DNA of 64,000 nt. It comes from Paraspadella gotoi (taxonomy: Eukaryota > Animalia > Chaetognatha). The notes beneath the pieces are model-generated. The model did no database searches. It was not told where the DNA came from and was given only the letters and a program-made list of their open reading frames with translations. Positions 1 through 11,804 of the stretch are shown here, in pieces. Positions within the stretch are counted from its first letter, which is position 1. The number at the start of each line of letters is the position of its first letter. The DNA is taken from assembly GCA_051294375.1 (NCBI GenBank), contig CM119267.1, positions 15,416,105 through 15,480,104 of the forward strand. Direction: 5' to 3'. The position numbers and the translations under genes are program-made.

Positions 1-1828
1 CGTAAATTATCAAACCATCGAGTTTTACAACGCTTGTGATTCGGTTCTTCGATTCTCCGATTTTCGCGACCGTCCTGATGATACTGCGCGGCCAAATCGT
101 CCAGGTCGTTGTCCAATCTAGTCGCATCAAACGTAATTCGCGACGAATCCTCTGAGTTCTCGCCGAAAATTTCCTCCAATGCAGAATCGAGCGCCAACCG
201 TTTTCGCTTCGAGTTTCCGCCTTTTATAGGGGCCGAGCGTAGTCGGTTATCTTCCGCTGGTCCACGGCGAACAAAAACGAGCGCCGCTGTGAAAGCATTC
301 CGCACACGCGCCTCTTTCGCGCGCTCTTTAGTCGGGTTGTAAAAAGAGGAAAACTTAAACTCTTTTTTGTTTTGAGTTCTTTCGTCTCCTTTCATCGGAC
401 TGGTCGTCAGAGTCTTCTGCCATTCGAGAAAAACCTCGTCTGCCCAAGTCAGCGAATGTTTCATTGGCAGACCAGTACCGAAGGCTCCTTTCTGGATTTC
501 GAAAAGTCGCGAGACGTGATCTGTCGACGCAATATGGAGCCCCATGCTTAGTAGGCGATCGATGCCGGAATTGCTTTGAACGGAGGTTCCTTTAAAGATT
601 AAGGATTTTTGAATTATAAGGGAGCTACCCATTACATTTGGGTCATTCTTACCGGTCATATTCAGCAACGTTAGTTTCGTAAATCCGACCAGATAGCGAA
701 CACTAACAAAAAAGTAATCAAAAGAATAACAAAAAGGTGTAAGGGGCGAAAGTTTCTTCCCGACATGTATTAAACCCATAACGAAACTCACCATAACCCC
801 GAGAGATTATAGTTTCCCGAAAGATCGAGCTCGCTTAAACGGGCGAGGCTTTCCCCGCCGCACATCCTGAAGCGCGACGTTATCATCCTCAAGTCTTCGT
901 CCTTCAAGTCACAACCGACGAGCGCCAGCTTAACGAGACTGGTCATCCGCCCGACGCCCAGAAGTAGCGAACGCCGAATCCCCGGAGATTCAAACTCGAC
1001 GTCTGGAGATTCCCTCGTGGAAGTCGAGAGAGAAGGGGTTAATTTGACCGTCAGTGCCACATTGGAGCTCCGTCCTCAATGATCACCTCGTAGGCGAACC
1101 TCCTGCAACGAGGTTCGGCACGCATCGGCGACGACGTCGACGACGCCGGCGGAAATTAGCGAGTGTCTCAGATCGCAAACGGAGACGAAGCGGCACCCGT
1201 AGGCGTCGGCGAAAAGACGGAAGGCTTCAACCGAGTCTTCTGGGAGGCGAAACTTGCCGAAGCGGCGAGCCTCCTCGAACAACTGGCGTCCCACGTCTTC
1301 AGGAAATTCGATGAGGGATTCCACCAAATCGACGTGGGAAGCGACAAAGGAGAGAGCAATCTGTGACGGAAAATAAATTTATGAAAAATACAAAATAAAT
1401 TTTTTTCCTAGAAATATAAAGTCATTAATTAAAAAACGTATTGGGGGGCCAGCTTAGTATTTTTTATTAAATTTATTAAATAATTAATTTATTAAATTAG
1501 CTTCTATTTTAAATAGCAACACTGATTTACTGCAGATATTAATTAGTAAATAATATTAATTCAATTGAATTTAATCTTCAGTGTAAATCACCTGAAATAA
1601 TTTCTTGGGTCTAGCACCGTTTGCAACGATGTTTGCAGTCTTCTCTTTCGGCTTTTCAGTCTCTTTTAAGTCCTCACAATTGAGAACAGACGGCTCCAAA
1701 ACCTTTGGCGGGACTTTCCGCTTTCCCCGAACCGGCTCTTGGACCCCGTCAAACCGAACCGTTGTCGTTCCGCGATACAACTCGCCACTTCCCTCGTAAA
1801 CGTAAACCTCTCCCGACCAGTCCCCCAT
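1..1828 (-). CDS. LRRC42: Leucine-rich repeat protein 42-like, 3' end runs off the window
   Basis: Spliced exons 1828-1592, 1360-1087, 1002-~793, ~703-653, ~589-<1 give KKLFQ|IALSFVASHVDLVESLIEFPEDVGRQLF...FADAYG...LDLSGN...TWADEVFLEWQ, matching remembered LRRC42 motifs (SLIGFPEQIAEKLF, FTEAYG, GWADQIVLQWE). Confidence 0.8.
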
Positions 1829-2229
1829 ATTTTCAAGTTTTGCCTCGCAAGAAGCGATGCTCTGGGTAATTAATATTTAATAACTTTCCTTCCTGAACAT
1901 TGGCTGGCAGTAAGGATACGAGTTAAGCAAAGGTGAAAATAAAATGTGAACGATTTAGGTTGATATGGCGGGTAAAGGAAACATTAAGTATATCGAACAA
2001 CTTAAGCCGAGATATCACGAATATTGATAAAAACAAAGAAAGAGACCAGCTATTATGATTTCATTCAATTAAAATGCGCGAGGAATTCAAAGAGAAATGT
2101 GTGTATGCATGTGTGGCGAACGCCTAAGTCGCCTCACGGTTCCATAAAATCTATTCCTCGATTTCTTATTAAAATAAAATAACGATAAATAGCGACTAAA
2201 CTACAACACCGACGACGACGACGATAAGA

Positions 2230-5200
2230 CTAGGATTGGATTTGTTGCTCAGGGTCGTGATGAGAATATTTAACCATTTGCTGCTGCAACAGAGCGATTG
2301 TTCGATCCTTGGAAGCCAATTTTTGACTCAGGAAAGCCATCTGGTTCCTGTAGACAAAGGATAGGTCAATTGACAAGAAACAAACATTGCGGTAAGAGTA
2401 TTACAACAAATAATTCGGTCAATAACCTCAGCTCTTGATTTTCTGCAGCGAGGGTTTCCGGATCAGTAGTAGTAGACTCGATTAGTGTGGCGGGGTCAAA
2501 ACCAGGATGAGATTCGTTCATCGGAAAGTGCGCCGAATGTCTCTTGGACATCTGAGTTTTAAACGTCGGAAGTAAATTGTTGCAGTTGCTACAGTGGCTG
2601 GAGGGCCAGAGAAAAGAGCGAGCGTGACCAGGTGAGGCCGCGGGTGAGTAAGCCTGAGAAAATAAAAAATACTACTAAATTATAAAATTAAATGGTTTTG
2701 TTTTTTCATAATAATAGCTTACCACGGCACTGAACTCATCCTGCTGTAATATCCTCTTCAATTTGAACAACATGGTTTTCATGGAAATAACGTCCTGGAG
2801 AGAGCGACGATACGTGACCCCATCCAACACGAACGCCAGCCCGTCCGGGTCGGGTTCAATCGGAAGAGACTTGGGAGGTCGGAATTTGGGCAGCGTGGTA
2901 GCGGGGGCGGACCATCTTGGCGTGGCAGTGGCGGACAGCGATCGCCCGCCTCCCTTCGCGCCCAGAGGAGAAGCCGTCCGGGATACCTCGACGACGGAGG
3001 CGCAGCGCTGTTTAAGCACGGGCGACGCCGACGACCCTTGTTCAATCGCATCCTTGTCGACGCCTCGAAAGGCAGTCACTTTGGAGCAGGACCAGACGCT
3101 GGGATGGCTATCCATCAGACCTCCGTTGGAGGGTCGTGACGACGATGACGAGCCCGACGTTTTTTTCTTCGGCGAAGATCCCGCGGTGCTCGAGGAAATG
3201 TCGAGACTACGTTGAAGCAAATCCAATTCTTCCCTGATCTCGTCCAATCCGTCGAGAAAGTGTCCATCGCCGCCGCCTTCTTCATTGTACGTCATCATAT
3301 CGCCCCCGGCGAGTGATTTAGAGCGCGGCTCGGTCGCCGATTCTTTCCGTCGAGCGGGAGACGAATCTTTTCTTCGACGAAGGACGACGGGGTCGAGGGT
3401 ATCGTCGACCGAGTTGTCTACGTCGAGCATCAGGTCGTTAGAGTCGAGTGAACACGAGGACAAAGTCTCAATGTCGGGTAAGTTAATCGAACCCGCGTCG
3501 GCGTCGCTTTGAGATCGAGTCATGGGATGATCGTCAGATTCGACGAAGTCGCTGTCGCTAACGGAGCGGGATTGATCGGCAGCCTGGTCGGCGGAGGCGG
3601 AAATCCCCTTGGGAAACGCTTCTTCCTCCTCCACCGACGACCCTTTGCCCAAGTCGAGGAGATCATCGGCCCGAAGGCGAGAGATGTTAACAGATTTAGC
3701 TGCTTTGGATTCATCGTCGACACCGGCGTCCGCCTTCTTGAGGGGACTCGTCGAGCGGGAAGAGGCGCTTTCCACGAAGCTTTTTTCTTTAACGACGACC
3801 GGCGCCGATTTAAACGTCACTGATGTCGGAGGCGCGAGAGGCGTTTCCACATCTTCTTCTAGGCTGTAGCTTTGTAGAGACAGATTGAGGTTAGTCTTGG
3901 GAATGGGTGATTCTGGGTCCACGATCTCGATGTCTTCATGAGCGTCGTCGTCGTCCTCACTGATTTCCGTTTGAAAGGACCCCTCTCTCGCAGGTTCGAC
4001 CTCTTTCGTTATGAGACTAGAATTTGCAGCAATAGTTTCCTTCTCTGTCGCTGATTGAGCGACGGCGACAACCTTCTCGCTGACCATGGCGTCGCTCGAG
4101 GCTTTTTCGTCGTTCCTCACTAGGTTGTTGTTGAAGTTGAGCACGGCCTTCCTCGCGGGAGACTTGACGGGAGTATCGATTGGGCCGGCGACGTCGCTGC
4201 TCTGAAGAGAAACGAAATCCTCGGAAGAAGATGCGTCGATAAAGTTGAGACCGTCAACGGAGAAATGGTTGTTGTCACGACGGGAAGATTGCGTCGAAGC
4301 CGGTCGAGACTCGGCAATGGAATTGGAAAGAATCGCTTGGCCGACGGATTCTTCTCGATTATCCCCCATCAAAGACGCCGTCCCGGGTTCCCCGCCGTCC
4401 GCCGCGCTCTTCCCAAAACCGAAAGCCCGCGTGATCAGCTCCTTGCGAATCCGTTCGTTCGGGGACTTTATGGGAGGGGGAGCTGGGGCGGCGGCGAAAG
4501 CGCGCGAAGCGGCGGCGGGTGGCATGAGTCTGGACTTGATTCCGTCGTAACGGAACCCGAATCCAGAGTTTTTAATCTTCCCTATGCCGCCGCTCTGCGC
4601 CTTTCCACTCTTCGTAGGCTGGGGAATGGGGGTCGGGGCCGAAGGCTCAGCCGCCGAGGTTTTTTCAACTGGCTTCGGTGAGCGAACGATCCCGAATTGG
4701 AAATTACGCCCCGATTTGTTTGAGGGGATGGTGCTGTTAGGGGCTCCAACACCCAGGCTGGTGGTCCCAGAGGACTTAGAGCCGCCCAAGAGACGCGATC
4801 GCCCACGCGCCGGAATCGGAAGACCGCGAGATTTCAATGAGAGGCCCGAAGACGGCGAGGTTGTTAAACCGGGAGAGGTTGTCTCGGTTTCGGCGTCTCC
4901 ATTCGTCGAGCGAGAAGTACATTGGTTGTTGTTGATGCTGTTTTTATTGTTTCTTCGAATATTGCTACTGTTGTTGTTGTTGTTTGATCTGAAACCGAAT
5001 CTCGCTGTAACAGGAGAGTTGTCCACGGGAGTAGCATTGTCGATGGCAGCGTCCTCTAGACTCTCCACCGATGCGCAGGGGATGACTCTTCGGGGGATAA
5101 ACTGGTCTTCTAGATTTAATTCCCTCGCTGATGGTGAAGTCCCCGACGACGACGTCGCCACCGCCACTCGGGTTTTGCTTTTCGGTCGCGGGAGTCCACG

Positions 5201-5608
5201 ACCACGGCCAGACACGGGAGCCTTGGCCCGACCCTCCCGCTCCCGAAGCCCACCGTTAGAAGAGCCAGGGGCGAGCGCGTTGTTGCTTAGCCCAGAAGGT
5301 CGAAATCCGAAGCCTTCTCTCGTGGCAGAACCCGCCGATATTTTATCGCCTGGTCCTCTGGGATGAGCCATATTCGCGCCGGGTTCCTCGGATACGGCGG
5401 CGTGGAACCCGTTGACCGCCGGAGCGTTCGATCGCGGCGAGACCAGAGACTTGGGTGAGAAAAGACGAAAGGAGCGGTAGGAGAGGGAGGATTTAAGACT
5501 TGGGGTGTCGGCGAACGAATCCGCGTCGCTCGCCGATCGAGATGGGGGAATTCTTTGCTTAGGCGCTGCGGTGTTGGTTAAAGAAGGGCGTGATTGTTGA
5601 GAGCCCAT
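2230..5608 (-). CDS. Serine-rich coiled-coil protein (CCSER1/2-like)
   Basis: Long S/P-rich disordered exon 5608-2723, then exons 2653-~2427 and 2348-2230; C-terminal QDVISMKTMLFKLKRILQQ and LSQKLASKDRTIALLQQQM resemble the CCSER conserved coiled coils; N-terminus MGSQQS fits an N-myristoylation motif. Confidence 0.65.
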
Positions 5609-6033
5609 TTGATAATTAAGCGATTTGGAAGGTGACAGGGAGAGGGGGATCGGCGTGGCAAAGGCGGTCCAAGGGGTCGCGTGAAAGAAGATGCGAGAAT
5701 GACTGGAATGTTTTTTCGTAGGGAAAGTTGGGCATCTCGAAAGAAAAAAGTTCCATAACTGATAACACCGTTAGAGGGAAAAGCGCTTAAAAGGTTTTAT
5801 ATAAATTATCTCTTGACTAGTACGACTTGCTGAAAAAAATAAAAAAAATAAATATCATCCAATACCTCACAAAAACAACTTCATGAACATGAAGTTAATG
5901 ATAATAAAAATAATAATTAAGTCACCTATGACTAGATCATCTAGATCAAAATTTCACATACGCGATTTGTTTTCTTAGCAGTAAATATGAACAAAAACCA
6001 GAATTAGTAATTCATGAGATTTCGAAAATTTTA

Positions 6034-7351
6034 TCACAGACGAGATTTAATTTGATTGTCTAAAGACAAAAAACGACATATTTCCGTTGAGATGACATCG
6101 GACTTTTCAATCGGCACCGAATGTCCGCAAGAAGTGATCATGACCAATTGACTGCCGGCAATTCCTAGATTCATAAATATGATTGTGAATAAACAAAAAA
6201 GATTGGTTAATTTAGCCTACTTTTGGCAGGACCTTGATGAAGAACTTCTGCCCCACGACTATTAACGATAGCGTCAGAGTCGCCCCAGAGCACCAGAGTA
6301 GGACATTTTACAAAAGTCATGTAAACGTTGGTAAGGTTAGACATTGGATCGTTCATCTGTTTAAATTAAAATTATTTTCGAATTTGTTTTGACAAAGTTC
6401 GTGACCTCACCCTAACAAACCTTAACTTGAAGAAATTTCCACATTTTTTTAAAGGCGGGATTATATGGCCTTCTTTTTTCCAGGTATGCGGCCAATTGCT
6501 CTGACGAAAAGTATAATGATTCCTTGTTACAAACCAACACTTTCATATTAAACCTCATTTCCTCGATCGTTTCGGGGATGAGATATTTGCGGATCGGATT
6601 TTCTACATCGTTGTCTTCATCGTCCTCAGTGATGTTTTCTTTTTTCGATTGGTACTCCACGATAGCGTCATAAAATTCCGAGGTTTCGGGGAAGGTCGCG
6701 ATTCCAGGACAAATGGCGATCAAGCTCCGCACCTCATCTGGATACAAAGCCGCCATGATGACGCCCACGGCGCCCCCCAGAGAATGTCCTCCGACGTGGT
6801 AGCGGCGTAGACCTAATTCCCGGGTCGATCGAGACGGATACAAAGCGGACAAACGAACGGAAAAGTCTTTGATCGGCTCTCACCGAGTGTTTCGGTGAAT
6901 TGGTGAACGCGTACGGCCATGTCCTTGGCGGTGAAACTGTCGGTTTCTCGGAAAGTCGTTGACCCGTGGCCGGGAAGATCAACGGCAATAACATGCAGAG
7001 ATTCTGGTAGCTGCTCTAACACCGTCCGCCATGTTCCTTTAGATCTGTTTTAATTTGAGAATTTAGAATTCCGTTTCCGAATGCTCGGTGCACAGGGAAG
7101 AGGGAAGCGTCCAACGGCTCATTTCATTACCCGGTGAATCCGTGCATCAGAATGAGCGTGTCGTTGAGCGACTGATCGCCCTGTTCGACGAAGGACACTT
7201 CATAGTCGGGATCGTCCGATAACTTAATTTTTTTCAGCATGACGCGATTTTTACGCTTTTTTTTTAAATTATAAACGGTCTCATAGTAAGAATATATGAG
7301 GTAGGTCAAACCGACAGTTCCGATAAAACACAACGTCGCCAATATTTTCAT
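6034..7351 (-). CDS. Alpha/beta-hydrolase, monoacylglycerol lipase ABHD6-like
   Basis: Five exons; N-terminal hydrophobic anchor, HGFTG oxyanion motif, VDLPGHG, GHSLGG nucleophile elbow, LWGDSD and CGH catalytic motifs; stop TGA at 6034-6036. Confidence 0.8.
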
Positions 7352-8467
7352 CTCAAGAAAGAACACGGGAAGAAAATATGTGATGATAATGGAAAAATCC
7401 ACATGTAAATAACTGTATGGTTAACAATGTAACTTCTAAAAAAGTTAACACGTTCAAAAGAACATTTCTAGTATGTAATGCGAAAAAGTAATCGACCAGG
7501 CTATCACATAATTAAAGGCAATATATATATTATATACTATATATAGTTTAATTGAAAATATCTCTCGGCACACGCAAACGCAAACAAAAAAAGAATATAT
7601 TTATTATAATTAAATTTAGCACTTTTAGACATAATCGTACTAATAAGTTTCTAAAAAGTATCCCCAATGAGCTTTTATATTTATACGTATATTTCTGTAT
7701 TTAAAATGACGTGTTTCTATCATCTTTGATTCTTTATGTTAGAGGCTTCGACCCTAATTGTTATTTTTTTCAGGAAAACAAAACAGGTTGTTACAACTGG
7801 ATACGTATTTCTGTAGTACTCTGCACTTTTTATATTCGACCTCAGAAGAATTCATCTCTATTTTAGTCTGTCTGACAATGGGGCATTTTAATAGTCAAAT
7901 CAGTCATTAATTTGCATAAATCTAAAAATTCTAGAATCTATACTCACAAAACAGTAAAAGCAAATTTAGGGCTACACTGAATGAGATTTATCTTTTTTAT
8001 CTATCTTATTACATATAAATATTTCTGTCTAGGGCATGAAATCGAATGGGCAAAAAAGTTCACCTTTCTAAAGACACTTAAAAGATCATTGGCAGATACA
8101 TCAAACACGTTGCATATTATGTGTAATTGAATAATTTTATCATATTTACGTTACAAGGATATAAAAAATAAAGATACAACCATCCGAAAACATTTCAACA
8201 AGTAAACAGGAAAAAACATTTGATATCATGATTATACAGGTTGTCTTAAAAATAACGTTAGTATTCAGGGACAATTTTATTAGATCCAACACAAATCAAA
8301 AAATTATCAAGTAAATTTTACTATCAATACTAATTAATATGTGTTTTATCACCGTAAGCATCTGCTTAAAATATTATTCATTGACATGCATAACTGACGA
8401 GTTGTTAAGCGCATATGTTAGGGGGCAAACCATATTTCATATTTCACATATTTCAGCTGCAACCCTT

Positions 8468-10234
8468 TCATCGAAACCGATGTAAAGGAAAAGGTGGCAT
8501 GAATCTGGGCCGAAATCCTGGACGACGTAGAAGATGCGGCGGCGGTGGGCGGTGATTGTGAGGAATAGGAAGACGAAATCGCATATTTTGTGGCCGCAAA
8601 ATGATAGGCGTGGTGTCGCATCTCATGGGCACAGGATTTGGGGAATTATTACAGTTGACATCGTGACTCTCCTTCAATTCTGGCACCTTAGTTTCTCTTG
8701 GCTTCTCATCGGATTTGACATTTTCTACGAAGGAATTAATTACGTCCAAACGAAATGCGACGGGAATATCTGGGTCCTCGCCGAGTCGACGAGCAGATTC
8801 CAATTTTTCCAAGAATCGTCGAATGGACGCGGATGAAGAAAAAGCGAGAATAACTCTAAATATTTCTCCTTCATTAGTGCGAAGTTCGTTTTTAAATTTT
8901 ACATCGACTACGTCATGGCGCATCGCATCGTTGAGATACTTAACGTGAGCGAATTGCCTCGTCATCTCAAGCATAACTTGTAGTTCTTCGCGATAAACGG
9001 CGTCGGGAGAGCTTCGAAAGGGCATTGATAAAAAATTCTTCATAGCCGCTTTCGCCTTCTCCCTTTCTTCGACGGTGGCGTATTGTGGATTGTATTCAGT
9101 TTCGGCGTCTCGAGAAACCTCGATCTCTTCGTCGCTGAAGAAGACGTCATAGGGTGCATTTTGAGCGGAGTTGGCCGAGTCGAGGTTCAGATTGACCGCA
9201 TCGGGGTTCGAATCCCCCGCATCGGTGTTCGGATAAACAGCATGGAGGTTCAAATTAACCGCATCGAGATTCGGATTGACCGCATCGAGATTCGGATCGG
9301 TATGCAAGTCGATAGAAGGGGAAGATGAGTCGAAATATTGAGCCGAAGGGCCAATTAACTCAGGGTTATCATCTGAACATGGCAAAGGAACGTTTGCATT
9401 AGACTGTGAAATGACCGAATCGCGTAACGGATCAGCAGAATGTGGCAATCGAAAGCGAGAATGGGAAGAGTGTTCAGCCGTCGTATTTCCTTCTTCAATG
9501 ATGAGCGTTTCGAACTGATTAATGGTAACGAAGGAGGGCGAGGCCTCCAAAAAGCCCGATTCGCTCGAGATCGATTCTTTTTCCAGTTCAGCCGAGTTCG
9601 ATCCGTTTTCGCGTTGTAACTTTTTCTTCTTCTTTCGCTTCTTTTTATCGGCCTCCTTCCATTCCTGTTCGAGTTCATTCGGCACGGATTCAGACGAGAC
9701 AACCCCAATGGAATCGACGAGGTCGACCAGCTGTACCATCCTTGAAATTCGATCAAACACCTCCGCCTTTTTCTTGAGCCTTTGGTTCTCTTCACGAAGA
9801 CTCGCAACCATCGTTTCAGCCATCCCGATGCGGTCCTCCAGCTCGGCAGCCTCCTTCGATTTGGCCGCCTCTACGCTCGCCAGCAACGCCTCCGACAGCT
9901 CTAGCTTTTTCCGCAAAGCCTTCAATTCACCCTCGCGTGAGAAAGCTCCTTCGACAAGCTCTTCCGCGAGCAAAATCTGACTTCGGAGTTCATCGTGTTG
10001 TTCCTCGTTGTCAGACTGGAAAGAGAAGAAAAGTCGCCTGACGACCCCACGCGCGGGGTTCGTCTCGAACCGAACCTTGCAAGAGGGACAGAGCGCGGGC
10101 TGCTGTTGCGCCTGAGATTTGCGAGCCCAATCGAGGAGGCATTCCAAATGAAAAGTGTGACCGCAGGCGCACGCCGCTATGTTCTCCAAATTGTCAAAAA
10201 TTTCGAAACAGATGGGACAATTTGGTAGTTTCAT
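8468..10234 (-). CDS. Intronless RING-H2/coiled-coil E3 ligase, TRAIP-like N-terminus
   Basis: 588-aa ORF starting CPIC...CGHTFHLEC...CPSC...RRLFF followed by a coiled coil; the C-terminal half is not recognisable. Confidence 0.75.
   Translation of the reverse strand: MKLPNCPICFEIFDNLENIAACACGHTFHLECLLDWARKSQAQQQPALCPSCKVRFETNPARGVVRRLFFSFQSDNEEQHDELRSQILLAEELVEGAFSREGELKALRKKLELSEALLASVEAAKSKEAAELEDRIGMAETMVASLREENQRLKKKAEVFDRISRMVQLVDLVDSIGVVSSESVPNELEQEWKEADKKKRKKKKKLQRENGSNSAELEKESISSESGFLEASPSFVTINQFETLIIEEGNTTAEHSSHSRFRLPHSADPLRDSVISQSNANVPLPCSDDNPELIGPSAQYFDSSSPSIDLHTDPNLDAVNPNLDAVNLNLHAVYPNTDAGDSNPDAVNLNLDSANSAQNAPYDVFFSDEEIEVSRDAETEYNPQYATVEEREKAKAAMKNFLSMPFRSSPDAVYREELQVMLEMTRQFAHVKYLNDAMRHDVVDVKFKNELRTNEGEIFRVILAFSSSASIRRFLEKLESARRLGEDPDIPVAFRLDVINSFVENVKSDEKPRETKVPELKESHDVNCNNSPNPVPMRCDTTPIILRPQNMRFRLPIPHNHRPPPPHLLRRPGFRPRFMPPFPLHRFR
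9175..9300 (-). repeat. Coding 21-bp tandem repeat (PNLDAVN-like heptads, about 6 degenerate units)
   Basis: accgcatcgagattcggattg-like units repeated; protein DPNLDAVNPNLDAVNLNLHAVYPNTDAGDSNPDAVNLNLD. Confidence 0.8.
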
Positions 10235-10471
10235 TATAATAATTACGTAGTAAATACACTGAGCATAACTTCATGAAAGCGCTTTCGGTTTAGAACTAGA
10301 AAAAAAAATTGCAACAGTGTAATTCCATTAGTTTGCACATTTAACTACATTTAATTAAACTTAACTATATCAGCTGTGAATGCTCAGATTAATGAATCTT
10401 TTAGTGAAGGAATGATGAAGAGTTCGGAAGTGAGGTCAACCGTCTCTGTATGTCTCCCTCTAAATTAAAGT

Positions 10472-11595
10472 TTAATCGTTGACTTTTTGGAAGTATTTGA
10501 GCTTGTCGCTTGGGTTGGGGATGATGGTGTCGGCCCCGGGTTTCCATCCGGCAGGGCAAACCTCTCCGTGCTTATCCGTGTATTGAAAAGCCTGCACGAG
10601 GCGAAGCGTTTCGTCGACTGACCGGCCGACAGGTAGATCGTTCATCGTAATTTGCCTGAGCAAATACATAATTTATTAATAAATTCAAAAAAAGAAGCAA
10701 AAGGCAAAGAACGATTAAAATAACACTTTTTTTTGTTGTAAAGATACCTCAAAACACCCTTGTCGTCAACGATAAAGAGACCACGAAGCGAATGACCCGC
10801 GTCCTCCAGGTAGACCCCGTAATCTTTGGAGATCTTGTGCGTCAAGTCAGACAAAAGAGGAATATCCAGGCTCCCCAATCCGCCATCTTTACGAGGAGTC
10901 TTTATCCAGGCCAAGTGCGTGAATTGAGAGTCGACAGAAACGCCCACAACTTCCGCGTTGATAGCTCGGAATTCTTTAGCCCGATCACTGAAAAAGAGCG
11001 GAAAAAATGACGTGAAAAATATTTGGTTTAGAAAAACTAACCACTGACAAGTAAACACACTCGACAATTGATAATATTAATGAAATTGGTACAACCAATA
11101 TAAAAATTATCCATTCATTTAATAGATAAGCGATCTTGCCCCTGACAGGCTTTGGGGGTTTAAGGCCTCCATCACTCTTACAAAAAAATTACATAGCAGG
11201 TCCCTGCAAGCTTTCAATCAAGCCTCTCTTACAATCTCTATCAATAAAGTGGTATAATTTTTAAAAACTACCAACCTGAAGGCAATAATTTCCGTTGGAC
11301 AAACGAAAGTAAAGTCGAGCGGGTAAAAGAAGAATACCAAATACTTTCCCTTGAACATGTTGAGATTTAAGTCCTTGAACTCAGCGCCGACGACTGCGGT
11401 GCCTTCCCAATATGGAGCCGGCTTGGAAATAAGCGCCTTGCTCACTGAAAGCTGATGCGATCCGGCGCGGGGCTCTTGCGGGTAGACGAGACCCTCACCG
11501 AAAGAATGGCACGCCTCATCGCGACCAATCGCCGTCGCAAAATGGCAGGCAATCAACAAATTCGCCAAGGCGAAAATGATGAGACGCCCCTCCAT
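10472..11595 (-). CDS. PRDX4: Peroxiredoxin-4 (ER/secreted 2-Cys Prx)
   Basis: Signal peptide, [15 protein letters not shown] and GEVCPAGW motifs, three exons. Confidence 0.93.
11081..11240 (-). repeat. Dispersed repeat copy in PRDX4 intron 1
   Basis: Reverse complement of the core of the 54901-55811 unit (tgaaattggtacaaccaata...aaggcctccatcactcttaca...gtccctgcaag). Confidence 0.85.
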
Positions 11596-11804
11596 GGTGT
11601 TTAGATTGCTTTAAAATGTTATCTTTAAAAAATGTGATGACAAAAGAAAATAATGACTAGACGAAACATTAATTTCTCACAATGGACCAAAAACGACTTG
11701 ATGAAAAATGAGAAACTTACGTAGATCTTAACACAAATTCCTCCAAAAGATAAGATTTTCTATGACAAGGTCACTTGAACTTTGAATCGGAATCGGTTTT
11801 CACG

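Noticed and set aside
1003-1086. In-frame TGA (1076-1078) between two LRRC42 ORFs, suggesting readthrough or selenocysteine
   Set aside because: It falls inside an 84-nt GT-AG intron whose removal gives a sensible join (VRLR|DVEF).
4584-5366. Long antisense ORFs here and at 28283-28951 and elsewhere
   Set aside because: Shadows of GC-rich or low-complexity sense exons with no recognisable protein features.
7352-7402. Non-ATG starts from the ORF track (GTG 7402; TTG 30616)
   Set aside because: Eukaryotic context; in-frame ATGs at 7351 and 30607 are more plausible.
9203-9218. GGTTCGAATCCC tRNA T-loop-like motif
   Set aside because: Lies within the RING ORF repeat; no acceptor, D or anticodon arms found.
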